The translations under genes were made by a program, and so were the position numbers. Below, in pieces: positions 11,201 through 25,490 of a DNA stretch of 37,732 nucleotides. The DNA lies in assembly GCA_032718475.1 (NCBI GenBank), contig JAUCBJ010001388.1, forward strand, positions 1-37,732, in the 5' to 3' direction. The notes beneath the pieces were generated by a model, which searched no databases, was not told the origin of the DNA, and saw nothing but the letters and a program-made list of their open reading frames with translations. The DNA comes from Nemertoderma westbladi. Lineage: Eukaryota; Animalia; Xenacoelomorpha. The stretch's first letter is position 1. The number at the start of each line of letters is the position of its first letter.

Positions 11201-11870
11201 CAGTTCACTCAGAGGCCAGAGGCCGTAATCATTAATTGGATCACTAGGTTGGCTGCGTGGACATCCCCATGGATCACTCTAATCCCCATCCGATCAAGGT
11301 TCCCATTTTACCTCCCAGCTCTCATCACCCATCGATCAGTTGCTTGGCACCCAGCTACATCCCACCATAGCCTACCACCCACAGGGAATGGACTGGTGGA
11401 ATGCTACCACCGCCACCTTAAATCCACCCTCTGCTCCAAACTCACCAGCCCTGATTGGGTTGACGAGTTGCAATGGATTTTGCTTGCATCAGAACTGCTC
11501 CAACGGATGACTTGTGTACCTCCTCCACTGAGCTGTTTTACGATGCCCCTCCTCTCACCATCCTCGACAAGCTCTTCCCAAATACTGACACTCACCATTT
11601 ACGAGCCTCCCTCCACTTCAGGAGACCTAAACCTAAAGTATTATTATTATTAAATAAACATCAAACCTAAATTATGATGAAGCCAGCCTATCTCGACTTT
11701 TCTGAGCCGCTTGCACTCGGTCACCTACGGTAATGAGACCGATGGCCAACAAACACCCCTCCAGTACTTAGCAAACCACCGCCAACCTCCATCCCAACAA
11801 ACTTGCTCAGGGCATACAGTCCGACAACCGTACTATTTATAAGACGTTACGAAACTGAGGGGGGAGGGGT
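8220..11870 (+). mobile_element. Degenerate Gypsy/Ty3 LTR retrotransposon internal region (gag, protease, RT, integrase remnants), interrupted by an RTE LINE
   Basis: Gag-like VVDLADTM and FHQKF..AKKCQPPC, protease LVDT, RT SSPWVSPLHM, PFGLFEFLRM, IYQDDVLV and KCEFG..IDYLG. Integrase NGLVE..HRHLKS and WVDEL..IRTAP. Purine tract at about 11857-11869. Many stops, frameshifts and deletions; LTRs not recognisable. Confidence 0.85.
9133..11169 (+). mobile_element. 5'-truncated, frameshifted RTE-clade LINE
   Basis: PVPKKGDL, QNGFRKGRGT, FVDFFKAFDSV, GVLQGDTLAPFLF, DLDFADD, FCYLGS, VLLYG and RLRFAGHC. Short 3' UTR and (TAG)n tail at 11159-11169. Confidence 0.92.
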
Positions 11871-12489
11871 CATATGGCAACCACACAAAAGCCAAGGTCT
11901 TGCCATTTCGAAATTATTTTTATTTTTACCCAGGTTAACTAGCAACGATGGACAATTTACTCAGCACACTGTATATCAATCAGTGAGTGTATAGGTACCG
12001 GTACGATGTTACAATGCTTTAATATCTGAATATCATTAATATGTAATATATTGACTGAAATGTTTGTTCATTGTCGAAATTTTCGTTGCATTTTTCTTCA
12101 TGCATTGCCTGTTGTTGCCTTATGTACTATATTGAATCCCTCATAACTTTTCAACCAACAAAGATATTAAAAAACGGATTCGATATTCAGAAACCAGAAA
12201 ATTATGTATCTCATAGATAATAAAAATCAAGATCAAAATCAATAAAAATCAAACATTCTTTAACAACAGGTCCCTATTCTTGCAAAATAAATTTCAATAA
12301 ATAAATAAAATAATAAATAAATAAAATAATTTTCACAATTTTTATTTGGATAAAAATGCAAAAAATTAATATTAGATTTTTGTTAATATTGGTCAATCTT
12401 TTAAGACTAATTTCATGAAAACCTTAGCTGTTGCTTTTTATTGTATTATACCAAAATGTATATTTTTTATGGACAATTCCAAAATAATG

Positions 12490-13275
12490 AAGGCAGTTCG
12501 CGGCAGTTATCGTTACCCCATGGAGTCGCGACACAATCAAACCGACAGCCACGACAATGCAAGGTAAAGGTAGTACTGGGCTGGTCTTAACTAGAATTGT
12601 TTAGTAAAATAATGATTATATTTGTGAGTATGATTTGTAAATTTTTTTATTTATTTGTGAGTATATGAGTAGTTTTAGTGATAAATAGTAATAAAAGTGA
12701 TAAATTAGCGATTATATTTGGTGATAAATCATTATTTTCGTTGATTTGCAATATTTTTAGTGATTATAATGAAATCTTTAGTGATGAGTGATGATTATTT
12801 TTAAGGATTTTAGCAAAGGAATTTATTTAAAATACAATTATTTTCTATATGGATTTTGTTTTGTTTATACTGTAGTTTCCCAGAATTTTTTCTGCCGTAT
12901 ATTGATTGTATTTTAGGTTCCCAGATGTGTTTATTGTTACCGAGATCTATTTGATACGTTTGTGATTTCTTTTTTTTGTCTCCGAGATTTACTTTATATT
13001 TTTTGATGTGTTTATTATTTCCCAGATTTATTATTTACTATTTGGATTTTCCCTGGTTGATTTATTGTTACCAATAGTTATTTGCTACGTACAGTAGGAC
13101 CTATATATAATTGTCGTACCTCAGGCTGTACGTTTGTTAGTCTACCTTATTATGCATTTTCGTTCTTCTCTTTTTAACTTTGACATTAAGTTTATTATGT
13201 GTTCTAGTTCATTTTGTGCCTTATTATTATATCCCGGTCCCGGAAACCTTTAGTCAATAAATCTAATCTAATCTA
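12490..13275 (+). repeat. Possible non-autonomous retroelement or LINE 3' end with AATAAA and (ATCTA)n tail
   Basis: Strongly T-rich body with internal repeated motifs (GTGAT, CCCAGA/CCGAGAT), ending AATAAATCTAATCTAATCTA. Left boundary uncertain. Confidence 0.35.
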
Positions 13276-14809
13276 CTCTAGCTGTCGATTTAGTGAAAAT
13301 CTCACTAGACAAGACATGCGGCGATGTGGCGGTAATGAACCGCATTACATCTTCTCACTCTAGGCTACTGCAGAAGTTATAAAATATACGTGTTGTTATT
13401 CCTATGATAAATTATTTGATGACAAAAAGCTAATCTATAATAATTAAAAGACCGCCAGGACTTCTTAGTGTCAAAAAAAAACGTATGTTTGTGCGTGTGT
13501 GTGTGTGTTTGTCTGTATGTATGTTTGTTTGTGCACATTGATATGGCTTGGAAGCCATATCATACAGATGTGCTGTACTTGGTGGTCTACTTTTTATTTT
13601 ATTCGAGTGTTTAATATAAAGATGTATGATTATTTATTGATTAAAAATGAAACAATGTATAAATATGTAATATTCCCTTACGCAGCCTCAACTTTGCCTA
13701 TGGTAGTGAATGGGGAAGGATTTTCTCTGTATCATAGCAACGTTGTATAATTATTAAACTCTAGCTAGCTGAGAAGACAGGTAGCAAGCTGGCCGGTGTG
13801 TCTCAGTAAATCCAATGGTTGGGGTGGGTTGTCTATTGAAAACTTCGAACTGGTCATGAAAATAATTCTGCTTTTTCCAAGGCTGCAGGGAGGGAGATGT
13901 TTACATATTTATATTAGATTTTCATTTAGTTTTTCGGTTTTGTTGTCTTTTAGACGGTCTTCTTATAGCCAGCTTGCTGGCTTTCTAGTATAATCTATAA
14001 ATCTGGGTTGTATATAAACACTTGTATAACTATTCGAGTTAATAAATTAATGGTCAGCATTAGATATCATCATAGTGTATAATGAAATTTTTGTCAATAT
14101 TGTTGAGCAATGTGTACGTTAATATTACCATGTAATGCGCCCCTGAGTGAAATTCTCTGTAATTTTCAAATCAGACTTAATTTTTCGCTTACAACTCACA
14201 TAATAAAAATATATTTGACCGACCTGGAGAAATTTGGACACAAAATGAGGGACAAACAGACAAGTGGAGGAACAGACAGACAATGTCGAATCTACCCGTA
14301 ATAAGCTGTATGCTATGCTGTGGGCTCAACGCTCAACGAATTCGTAGCAGAGTACGTAGTAGTTTATGTCTGTCTGGTGCTACTGACATTATATAGCACA
14401 ATAATCCTCTGATAGGAGTACGGATAGGAGGCCAAATAGCGGAAAATGTACTTTCTAGAGTGACGTTGTTGATTAAAAAATATTACCCAGCCTACTAAAT
14501 GTCTAGAATTCGCCCAAAATCTTTGGCGATTTACAATACTCCGCGTCACATATTTGCAGTATAAAATATTAAATTGTAGAGGCACAAAGGAGGTGGCGGG
14601 GGACTAATTTCTTTTCGGTCAACGTTGTAAATTATATAAATAAAGAATACACAGTTTGAGCCGTTCAGTGGGATATATCTTCCTAGTGATTATCGTCCAT
14701 AATAATTAGCGATATTAATACATGCATTGTCCAGAAGATAAAGTATGTGAAGTACTTCACTGGGGTTGGAACCTGCACCGTTTCGGCCTATAAGATATCA
14801 TTAGCAGCT

Positions 14810-14880
14810 GCAAACTGACGACGGTTGGATCGAAATGGTGACCTCCAATTTGTAAGTCTGAGGCTCTAATCATTAGCAGT
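14810..14880 (-). mobile_element. tRNA-derived SINE head remnant
   Basis: Minus strand reads GCTAATGATTAGAGCCTCAGACTTACAAATTGGAGGTCACCATTTCGATCC, with A-box-like and B-box-like motifs. It shares GAGGTCACCA.TTCGATCC with the palindrome at 29.7 kb. Confidence 0.5.
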
Positions 14881-17800
14881 GCGAAACTATGGGTTGTTCG
14901 AGACCATCGAGGCATCTAAAACTGCATAGTATCGATTATTCAGTATTGGGGCGTCTTTCTCTAAAGTTTCTACCTTCTCAATAGCAGGAGAATTAGTCAT
15001 ATTTTTGTATAAACAGGGCTAAGATGTGATGATGGACACTGTTTTTTTTCAGGGTTCAATCCCTTACAAATGGGATTAACAAGACACTGCAAGTTGTGCA
15101 AAAGTTTCAAAATCTCGTAAAATAAATTATGCACGTTTTTTCACAATGTTAACTACAGTAACTCTGCCAATAAGTCCTTTCCTATAATCTAATACAATTA
15201 ATTTATCCGAGAGAAAATTACATTGAAACCGGAATAACATGGGACCTATGCGATTGATGTTGTCTCAGTGGGACGATTAATCGAAATTACTTAGAAGCAA
15301 CGAAAACTGGCCGACAAAGCTCTCGCAGTAATTACATAAAATGTCAGCATGGGACGCCAGGGAATTAAGCTGATACATCATGTTATACAAGAATTACTGA
15401 ACAAGGTAATAGGAAAATCTGCTTGGATTGTAATTATACAGTAATTGTTTGGAGTAAGGATTATTTTATTGTGGTTGTATATGTATAATGATATAGGGTG
15501 CATAAACCATCCACCCCCTTGTGAAGTAAAGATACAAGCTGCTGAGATTATTGTCGTATTGGGGGATCAGGTGTACATTTCGTGTAAATAAAAGCCTGAC
15601 AGTCCAAAACACAGAAACATTGCTATCAATATGATTGTGATCAGAGAGCACTAGAAGAAGATCAGAAAAATAAATTTATGGATCTTCAAATAGTAAACTA
15701 TTTAAGAAACTTTCATAGTTATTACCACCAGTTTCAATTATTTAAATAATAAATTTCCAAAAGTAGGTCAAGTTGAACATAAATGACACCCCCCCCCCCC
15801 CCCGCGCTGTGTACCATCAGTTCCTTGCTGCAACCAGTGTTCGAAACATATCTTCTGCACGAACCGAGTCTGAATAGGTATTGTTAGAACCAATTTTTGA
15901 CCGTTATACTTCATGTGCGACGGTTTCTATGTAAGGCCTTATTGTTCATACCAACAAATGTTTTGTATGTAGCGGAATATATTGACAATCGCCGGTTGCT
16001 TTTAACATCCATCAAGGAACGGTGCAACTACTTTACCTTCAATTTAACGCCGATGTTAACTACAATGTGACAGGAGTCCGTGTGGTGAGGGGCAGCGGAG
16101 TCTAATAGCCAATTTGGACGCGATTACTTATTAACCGTGTTCCTGAACTGGCTGATATGCCGCTGTTTACTAGCCAAGGGCCAATGAATCACTGAAGTGG
16201 AAAAGGGCAATTAGTGGTTGACACACGTTGAGCTCGGCAATTTACAGGCTGACTCTAAAAGGCAGGGAGGCACTCCATCATTTTAGAGTGGGTCCCCTTC
16301 TGAATCAATGGGTGCCACAGCCATATTTATACCATGGGGACGATTTTTAGGGGCCTTGGGTCTTCGGAAATGATGGAGCACCCAGCTTTATCAGAGGTGC
16401 TACAAGGTTCCCCTGTTATCCCCAGGACTGGCCACAACTGTCTAGGTGTCAAAAATCGATTAACGCTGTTTTGTGTGTTGCAAAGAGTTAGTGGGGACTT
16501 AGCTGGGGATCAATAGACCGTGAGATGCAGCTATCAATGCTCTCGTAACCAGCCCATATAATGTTCGTTTGTTGGTTAACCGTCTTTTGGTAAATAGGTG
16601 TTGTTGTGTCGTTCACATGCCATGGTTAGGCATTTGAGGAGTAGAATTCAGGAGCACATGCCAGAGTATTTTGTAGGATAGAGGAATATATGACCATTGT
16701 TCATTTCAATACAGCTGCAATTTCTTGCTTAATATTTATTGTAATGCGATGTACAACAACTGTCCTGCAGTTCATCACCCCAACTTCTAAAAATCGATTA
16801 CTTATATGATAAAAGAGGCTGCTGTTTGCAGGTATGATATCAGAAAGATGCTACCACTTTCTACCTCATACTGTAGTAGTGTGATGTTGTAGTGTTCTTT
16901 ATCAATAACAAGTGGAAACAGTGCGGGTCACTAATGGAATCTATGTTTGTATATGATTTGACTTGCTTACTGTTAAAGATGACAGTGCTGGCAATATTGA
17001 TTAGTTGAAGTGCACAGTGTAAATTTTAGGTTAAATTTCTCCCTTTATGCGATATTTGTGTTAGTTGATGAGTATCGATGAGTACAATCAATATACGCAT
17101 TTGTATTATCTGCTCACACCAACCCTGCATCCTGCGATGCATTTTGTTTGTTTCATTTTCTATTTTCAATGAATAAGTTGGAATAGAGTTGTGTTGTTTG
17201 CGGCCTCTATTTTATAATTTATCCTTTTATATTTCCAAACTACGAAATAAATCTATACCCCACCCCTACCACCACCATTCACTGAAAAGCCGTATTTGTA
17301 CCGGACAGGATATCCGTCAAACAGCATTCAGAAACCAAAACATATTTCACCTAATAAAGGAACTCCATACGGCTACATTTCAGCTTATAAACAAAACGTT
17401 GAATGTCTTCGGCTTTTGATTATCCCGCGGATTCGAATAGGTAAGAATTGCTGGGCTTTCAGCCTTCCAAGTACTGCCCTGAGTATGATTACTAAATGTG
17501 ATCAATATGTACCTTATAACCAGCCATATACATATTCACATGCAAGTAAAATGTTCTTATTTCTTACAAGGAATCACAATAAGAGCTCGGCCTCATTTCG
17601 TAGCCAGTTCATTCAGTCATATCCCATGTTGCTTGTTGTCACTACATCACTTAGGTTGAGAGCTTTCAATAACTTCTTGGATGCCGTTAATAAATTCGCT
17701 ATAATTTCTAATTAAATTTTGCAAGCAAATTATATATATCTATGTATTTGATTTGTAATATTTTTTACAATATTTATTAGTAATATTGTAATAAAGTTTT

Positions 17801-19365
17801 AACCACTCAGTAGATTTCAGCTATATTTCCGAATAAAATTTATATTAAAGGGAAGGGAAGAGAACAATTTAATGTTGTACCGGTTTTGTGTTTTAAAATT
17901 TAAACCAAGTACATAAAGAAACCTGCATCTCGGAATTTATTATACTCAAAGCAATGGGTATGGGTAATGAATGGGTTACAACAATTTGAATGCATCAGTC
18001 ATCAGCTGCCAGATATCTGTAGGTATCACCCCACAAAGATGGATTTCTCAAGAAGTCGAGCAGTTAATAGATAGATTGAAAAATTATTACAATGGATTAT
18101 TTATAGAGAGATTCAACTTTAAAATTTCAGATGCACTTACGGGTTACCTGAAATGTTTGTGGATGCTGACTTTTCCAACATTGACAACCAAGCAGAAATA
18201 TGTACTAACTGAATATTGCCCAAACCTTGTAAGCTTACACATTACAGCAATAAAGCTAATGATTGTTTATGAGCTGAAGGTTGAACGTTTTTCTGTGAAC
18301 AGTGACGTAGTTATTTGAAAGTGGAATGTTGAATGAATGCTCATGTGTGAGACTGGCAGTATCCTTCTCCCGCGCGGCCCCATTAGAAATCCATCTCAAA
18401 GGAAACTTTTATCGAAACCTAAACACTGCTTGGTTTTTGCCGTCAATCGTCAAAGCAAAAATATATAAGTCGGAGTTTTCCAAATCCCTGAAAAATAGTC
18501 TTAGAAACATTGAATAAACCCCATGTTTTATAAAAATTAAGCTATGAGCGATTGGGCACATCAATGACAACTATTTTCAGTTCAATTTTCAGTTAAAGAT
18601 ACAATTTCGTTATATATTATATTGCAAGATTTCATGTTTTACTGTATGAATTAGAGGTAGGAGGACAATTAAACAGCACAGCACAGATTACAGCTGTTAC
18701 TTTGTTCATTATTACCTATCACATAACATGTAACTTTGGCACAAAACGTGATACAGAAACAGTTATTACTGAACATTTTATGACCATAACAGTTGTCGTT
18801 GGCTGTTACGACTTTGCATCGCATCTATGTTGAACTGCAGCAATACATATATAATAACGTACGGTATAGACATTAACAAACAGTGCCTTTAATATTTTAT
18901 TAATATTGCCTGCAATTATGGGAGTATTGCATTGGTGCTTACAACTCCAGCTATGCTATCACATACGGTGTACTATATACACCTTGCAGCTATTAAGCAG
19001 TAAAACTATAATCGTTGAAACTGAATGAATAGCTCCTATTGAATAGAGTGTAATATTTATTGTTCGTTCATTGTAAAAGGCCTTATGTATCCTATAGGCT
19101 TTGGCCTAAAGCGATGTTTAAGGATATCGTTGGAAGCATAGGGACTACAACTGGTGTGAAATATCGATTTTGCGATCCCCCATCTAGAAGGGAGCATACA
19201 TCATACATTAGATATATCGGAATTTCTATTTAAGATTTCATCCAAATTATTACAACAATAAAATTTATATTGCAGCGTCAATGATTCAAACTGTCTGCTA
19301 ATCGGGTAATGAATGGTTGAGATGCTGCAATGTGTGGGTTTCGGTAGGCGCTTGTGAGCTTTATA

Positions 19366-19701
19366 GGCCAAATTCACACATGAGCTTTCAAGTTTCAACG
19401 TTCAACTTTTAACAAGAACTTTAACTACGTCACGGTTCAGACATAAACATTCAACTTTCGGCTTATAGAAAATCATTGGTTTTTGCAATAGATTAGCTAT
19501 AAAAAGGTTGCACAATATTCAGTTGGTAATTAGATATTAATTCTGATTGGTTGTCAATGCTAGAGATGCCAGCCTTCAACGAAAGAACATAGGTCTAGTG
19601 CATTTTGAAAGTTGAAACATTCATGTTGAAAGTTGAATGTTTATATCTTTCAGTTGATAATGTTGAAAGATATGACATCATATTGATATTACTAAATTGG
19701 C
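19366..19701. repeat. Degenerate fold-back / MITE-like element
   Basis: Perfect 17-bp inverted repeat ATAAACATTCAACTTTC (19443-19459 and 19628-19644), plus arrays of TTCAAC on the left and GTTGAA on the right. Confidence 0.45.
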
Positions 19702-22700
19702 AAATGTCCTAGAATTATCCCTTCACAACAGTACCAACAGATCTTGGAATGGATAAAGAATGGACATAAAAATAAGTCCACATTCTGGAACTTATTATTT
19801 TCTGTTTATTGTATTATTGGGCTTGGTCGAAAAATAATTAACCTTGCCAAATAAACGGATGCAATTTTCCGGTCACTGATAACATCCACTCCGGTACCGG
19901 TACCAAGTAACACTGTATTGCGTCGATACACTAACGATTATCCAGCAGGCTAATCTTATCTGCAGTCTATCAGCTTCAGCCTAACTTAAAAGTATTATTG
20001 TTACATTTAACTCTATACCCCTCGGTACAAAACATAAAGGAATGATTCAGTTACTCAAAGATCTTATCAGATAACACAATGTCTTCAGGATCGTTAACTC
20101 CCATTACAATCCAGAGCACCTCTGTTATGCTAAGGAAATATTGAGCAACCGTTAGCCAATGCTGCAGGCTTCAACAAGTTTCAAGCTACAATGCACCATC
20201 TTCGTTGAGGTGTGAAGTGGCGTCCTTGTGAAAAATAAAACTTAGAGGGTAGCGTGTACAGGTAGGTGTTGCCAATGCGTGTCAATGTTGATTACTTGAC
20301 TCTGCGTCAAATTAACGCCTTAGCTCGATCAGGCCAACAAATGAACCGCTTGGTTAGGCAACCGCATATGACATGAAGTTTCATCGAACACACTTATAGA
20401 AGCTGTGTGGCCACAAACTCGTTAGCATACGGACATGCATAGCGCCGAGTAATGGGTTTATATCCAGCCGAGCCACTACTGCACTGCCAGGAAATGTAGG
20501 ACTATAAGGGTCCAGCTCAAATACATATTTAATATTGTTGTAGTGAATGTTGTGTCGTACCAGTGACATGGCGTGACAGTTCGACCTATTAGTTATTCTA
20601 ATAGCTTCACCTGTATGCCAGCATATTCTAACACAAGTGTCATTTTACACTTTAGAATTTCATCTCAAAATTATTTCAAATATTTATGAAATACAGTTTG
20701 CAGTCGTTTCTCATTTCAAGAGCATCAGGAAATTATTAACAACTCCACTGTCATGACAATAAAGACATGGTTAGCAGAATATTATGTTTCGTATTTGTAG
20801 ATATTTCAGTATGTTGCTGTATGTTTGTACTCGTCACGCCTAACGTACCTTATTTCGTAATAAAATTAACGAATACAATTTAGGTTAGGAAATAATTGCT
20901 CAACAATGTTAAATTTTACTTAAAATTCATACGGTAAAATGTCACTTAGCATAATAATACATTGCATTGTTTTCCAACATAAATATATTAATTGAAAAGA
21001 TCAATAGTTAACCTCATGGATATACCTTCCTTCCTTCAGCCTGCAGCAGCCTCAAAGACAAACTGAAATCGAAAAGCAGTATACAGAGCTGATGGTGACA
21101 AAAAGGGCTTTCATTCCACTTCTCCTTTCTTATGTATATAAATGAGCCAACATATGTAGCCAACAATAAGGTTCACAAATCACAAGGACTAAGTTATAAC
21201 GTGTCAACATATATCTGTGCTACTATGTAAGTAAGACAGGAAGGAAGTCTAACTAGAGCTAATAAAGGACACCGCTCACACTCACATGTTGTTATTCGGC
21301 CCAAATGTCAGACGCCAAAAAATATTTTTTCAGTTGTAGATTAATTGTCCTTGAGCCAGAAAACATGTTGGGATAACAAGAGTGATTGCAATGCCTCCCT
21401 ATGATGGGCTCATTTCGCCTGGGGCTCGACATTGCTTCTTATGGGTATAATGGGTTGTGATGGAGACAAACTAGATTCTGGCTTGGCCCACAAGTAAAGG
21501 CTGTTTGAGGTGCACCAGGGGCAGGCAGGTATGCTATGGATGCTCAGTACATGACCCGGGATGCATTGTAGTAATTGATGTTAATAGCTTGCTCCAGGCT
21601 AAGGGCCCCATACTTAGTGTAATGAGCAAACATTGCCGCGAGACCAACAGGGGGTCTTTATATTGCCTAAAATAGTGGCTTATGGCAACTAATAAAGATC
21701 CCCGAAGCTTGTAAACAAGATGAAAGTGAATAATTAGCCGGAGGGAAACTGCTCTTTTCCTATACCACCGGTTTGGGTACTATATAGATTGCTAACGCAA
21801 CGGGTGGTTGACATGGAAAGGAAACATATGTGTGATTTAAACATGCCACTAAATAGTTATTAGTTATACATTTATATTGTATTATTAAATACAAGACTTT
21901 GATTAACTGGTCATATTTTTAAAAGGATTGAAGAGGCTTCCAAATCTCTATACAATAGAAGACAAACAAAGCAAACTGAAATTTTTAAACTCTGACAATG
22001 AAATGATAGTTTGATTGGCGGCTATTAATGAAGATAATTCAACATATAAAAATATGCAACTCCTTAAGATAGAATGGATATATATAATGTAGAACTTTAT
22101 ACGGAGGGTGACAATACGTTATACTGATAATACGTTAACCTATACGTTAAGCCCGATACCTTTACAACCGGTACAGGAAGAACACAACAATTACTTTCAT
22201 TTTCCAAGTTGTCTCAGTATTGTTGTATACCAGCGCGCCGATAGGACTGAATACATTTTTCGTTATTTCGAAACAGTACGCTTAGAACATGATATGCGCC
22301 GGTATGCGCTACGAGTATTAACCAGCTGTAACCATCATAACAATCTGTTTTTTTCTGTAAACATCTAGTTATTAATACGATGATTGTCCCAACAAATCCT
22401 TGTAGTGTAATTGTGTATTTAGTATTTTAATTTATACGGATATGCATTGCATTATTAAGTGCAATTGAATTCAAGTTAGGAGTTGTTAAACTTATACGTA
22501 CAACCTAATTCCTTTAAATATCAAATGTGACAGTAATTTAAATTGTGTTATTATAAAGTGTTATTCTTATGGGTTGCTATATTGCAGTAGAATACTAATA
22601 ATATTTAAATTATAATGGATGTTTTTAACTAAGATATATTATTATTATTATTGTTGTATTTCAACCTTCATGTTTAACATTGACCAAAGATCATTGCTGT

Positions 22701-25490
22701 ATCTTATCATCCCATTTGTAGCTGTGATACTAACACCGCGAACAACCTGATTATACTGTATCAATATGTACCAGTAAGGTACTGGTATAACCAGCGCTTA
22801 AGTACTAACTAAAAATATGCTGATATGTCATTGTATGGAGCGAACTACTGTATTTAAAAAACACAATGGTACCAACCAACTTTGGTTCTGTTTCATTTAC
22901 AGCAACCAGTTTGTCTGGACCCAAAATGGTTTTTAACATCAACTAAAAGGAATCGATATGGCCCCCAACTCCCTTTTACAATTATTGTGCCATTAGTTGA
23001 ATGTAAATAGAGAGACGCACAAGTAAGCAACTACCTTGGTATTCTTGTTACTTTACCAGATATCTGAACAGCATTATCATTATTGTATAATTATCTACTG
23101 TTTACAGTACTTGTGCTTCGGGCCTTTGTGTTGGTGAGGCCATGGGCGGGCTAATTTACTCCAGGCAGCAAGGATTTGAATCTGCAGTCCTTAGCGCACT
23201 GAACCCATTACCCCTCATTATTGCAATTTTACAAGGCCTTTTGTGTTCGACCTCTTCATATACATTGGTCCTGATGGGTTAGCTGCCTTTTATTTACCAA
23301 AAAAGATGTGGTTTAATGGGTGTGACTGGTGTACCATGGCCCCATTTCTTGCAGTGAGCTATGGTGAAGGATAATTATCCACCACCAACCCACCTAACTG
23401 GTCTAGATGTTGAGCTTGTTATGGTATGTTATCCTATTTAGTCCAACCGAGTCTCCATTATTAGTGAAGGTACACCACGAAGTAAAAAGCTAATGTATTG
23501 GTATGATGTTTTGGAAGTAGCGAATCAGTATGACAACATGACAAGTAATATAGAGAGGGTATTATATTAGTAATAATATATTATAGTAATTTATATACAT
23601 TGGTGATTTGTTCGTCACTTCTAAGCGAGAACCCAAAAAAGAAATAATTTTGTTAATATATTAATTAAATGTTAAAATAAACCTTGTTAAAAAAAGCATT
23701 GTTTATCGCATTGTAATCAGGTACTAACTGATGAATTTCAAATATAACTTTAACTTTATGAGCCATCTACCCCACCAGTCAGTGGTCATTGTATGCAACG
23801 TTTATTTCTGTATTATTATTGATGGTGAATACGATATCGGTATTGTTAGGACAATATTTCGATGAAATGATATAAGTATTACTTACATTTTCTTTGTGTT
23901 ATACACATTGCACTCATCTAATCAATTTCTGAGTTATAGAATATAACCATGCCAAGCATTTAATTTGATTAACTGGAGTCATCTGACCCTCATACACTTC
24001 AATATCCCAGCTAAACTAATTGAAGTCAACCCACTTATCCCTGATACCAACTTCGACCCCACACGCAAGCATACATTTAATTACGAGAAAACAAGAACCA
24101 CTGAAACTTAACTGACTACTACGTCTGTCCGCATTATTCCGGTGTACTAGTCATTTCCTTGTGCAAGGAACCCGTGTACAAGGCGCCCGACAAGCTCAAT
24201 TCAGGAAATGAAACTCCAACTTTCCTGGGGATTAACAGGAGTCCACTAATGTTTGATTGCAGTTTAGTTTGATTTGAGATTAATCCCCGGAAAATTGCTT
24301 CCTAGTAACTAGTTGAAAATCAGTTAAATCCGATTCAGCAGTTTGTTGCTCCGTCTATATCATACAAGCCTTTCATTCATCTAAAGAGTATATATTGCAG
24401 TCAATGTATCAATAATATTAATATTAATCGAATGCAATGCAATGCCATCAAGCAAAGGGAAAGAAATGTACGTGTGGACATCCTGTGGAAGTCCCAGGCA
24501 TCATTGTAGCCTGTCTTTGCTGCTTTAAGGCAGTTCTTGCTGGGATCTTATAACTGTAGACGCTGGTGCTATACAGAATGTTATGCAGGATACACAATGT
24601 TGGGTGGGCCAAGTATTTAAAAAATATAGACGATGGGTATACAATTCTTGTGGCACCTCATTGCCAAAACCTAGTTATGACCTGAAATATTAAAGCTTAA
24701 AGCTATCCATTGTCTGTTTATAACTTTGTGTTCAGCAGCTCCTGTGGCAGGCAACCTCCCCGCGCCCTGGTCTGAACAGACATAGTGGATGCTACTCCCT
24801 TTATGTTTGTATAGGGTCTGCAAAATCCATGTGTCGCTGTCCTTCTTTATATTAATTACCACTTCCAATAGGTGATGTAAGTTTACCAATAATAACTAAA
24901 TCAACAATATCTATTTGTAATTATTAACAATAACATATCAAATATTAATATATTTTAATTAAGACTGCAAAGCAAGCACACCAATAGTTTGTGATAGTTT
25001 TCCTTTTTCACTTGATGCCCATAAATGGACCAAATCACTAACTACATTAAAGTAAACTACAATAAATAAGTAATAGGGCACAAAACCTTGACCAACTATA
25101 CAGTGTAATGTAAGTGATTTTAATGTTTTTTTTTCGTTTTCAAAATATGTGTCGTTTATGATTGATAGGTGACGTCACAGAGAGAAATAATAGTGATATA
25201 ATAATAATAAATGTATAAATAGTTTGTGGTAATTTTTGATAATTATATTCCAAATTTAATATATAGAATTACACAGAATAGTATTAGGATATTTGTGAAA
25301 TTTGGATGTAAAGGGACATTTTATTTTTATGTAAGGCAAGGTAGAAATTTGATTATCCTGGTTTTTAGGTGACTATACTACATTTGACTACATTAATTAA
25401 TTATAAACTGATTAGGGTAATAGTTAAAATAGACCATAATAATATTTGCAAAAGCATTTAATAAAACCTTTTGCTAAAGAAAATTATCAG

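Noticed and set aside
14810-14880. Functional tRNA gene
   Set aside because: No complete acceptor stem and a mutated T-loop; it fits a SINE relic better.
13499-24889. Short ORFs of 60-139 aa in the gene desert, and antisense ORFs over the retroelements
   Set aside because: No recognisable motifs or splice structure; consistent with chance or shadow frames.
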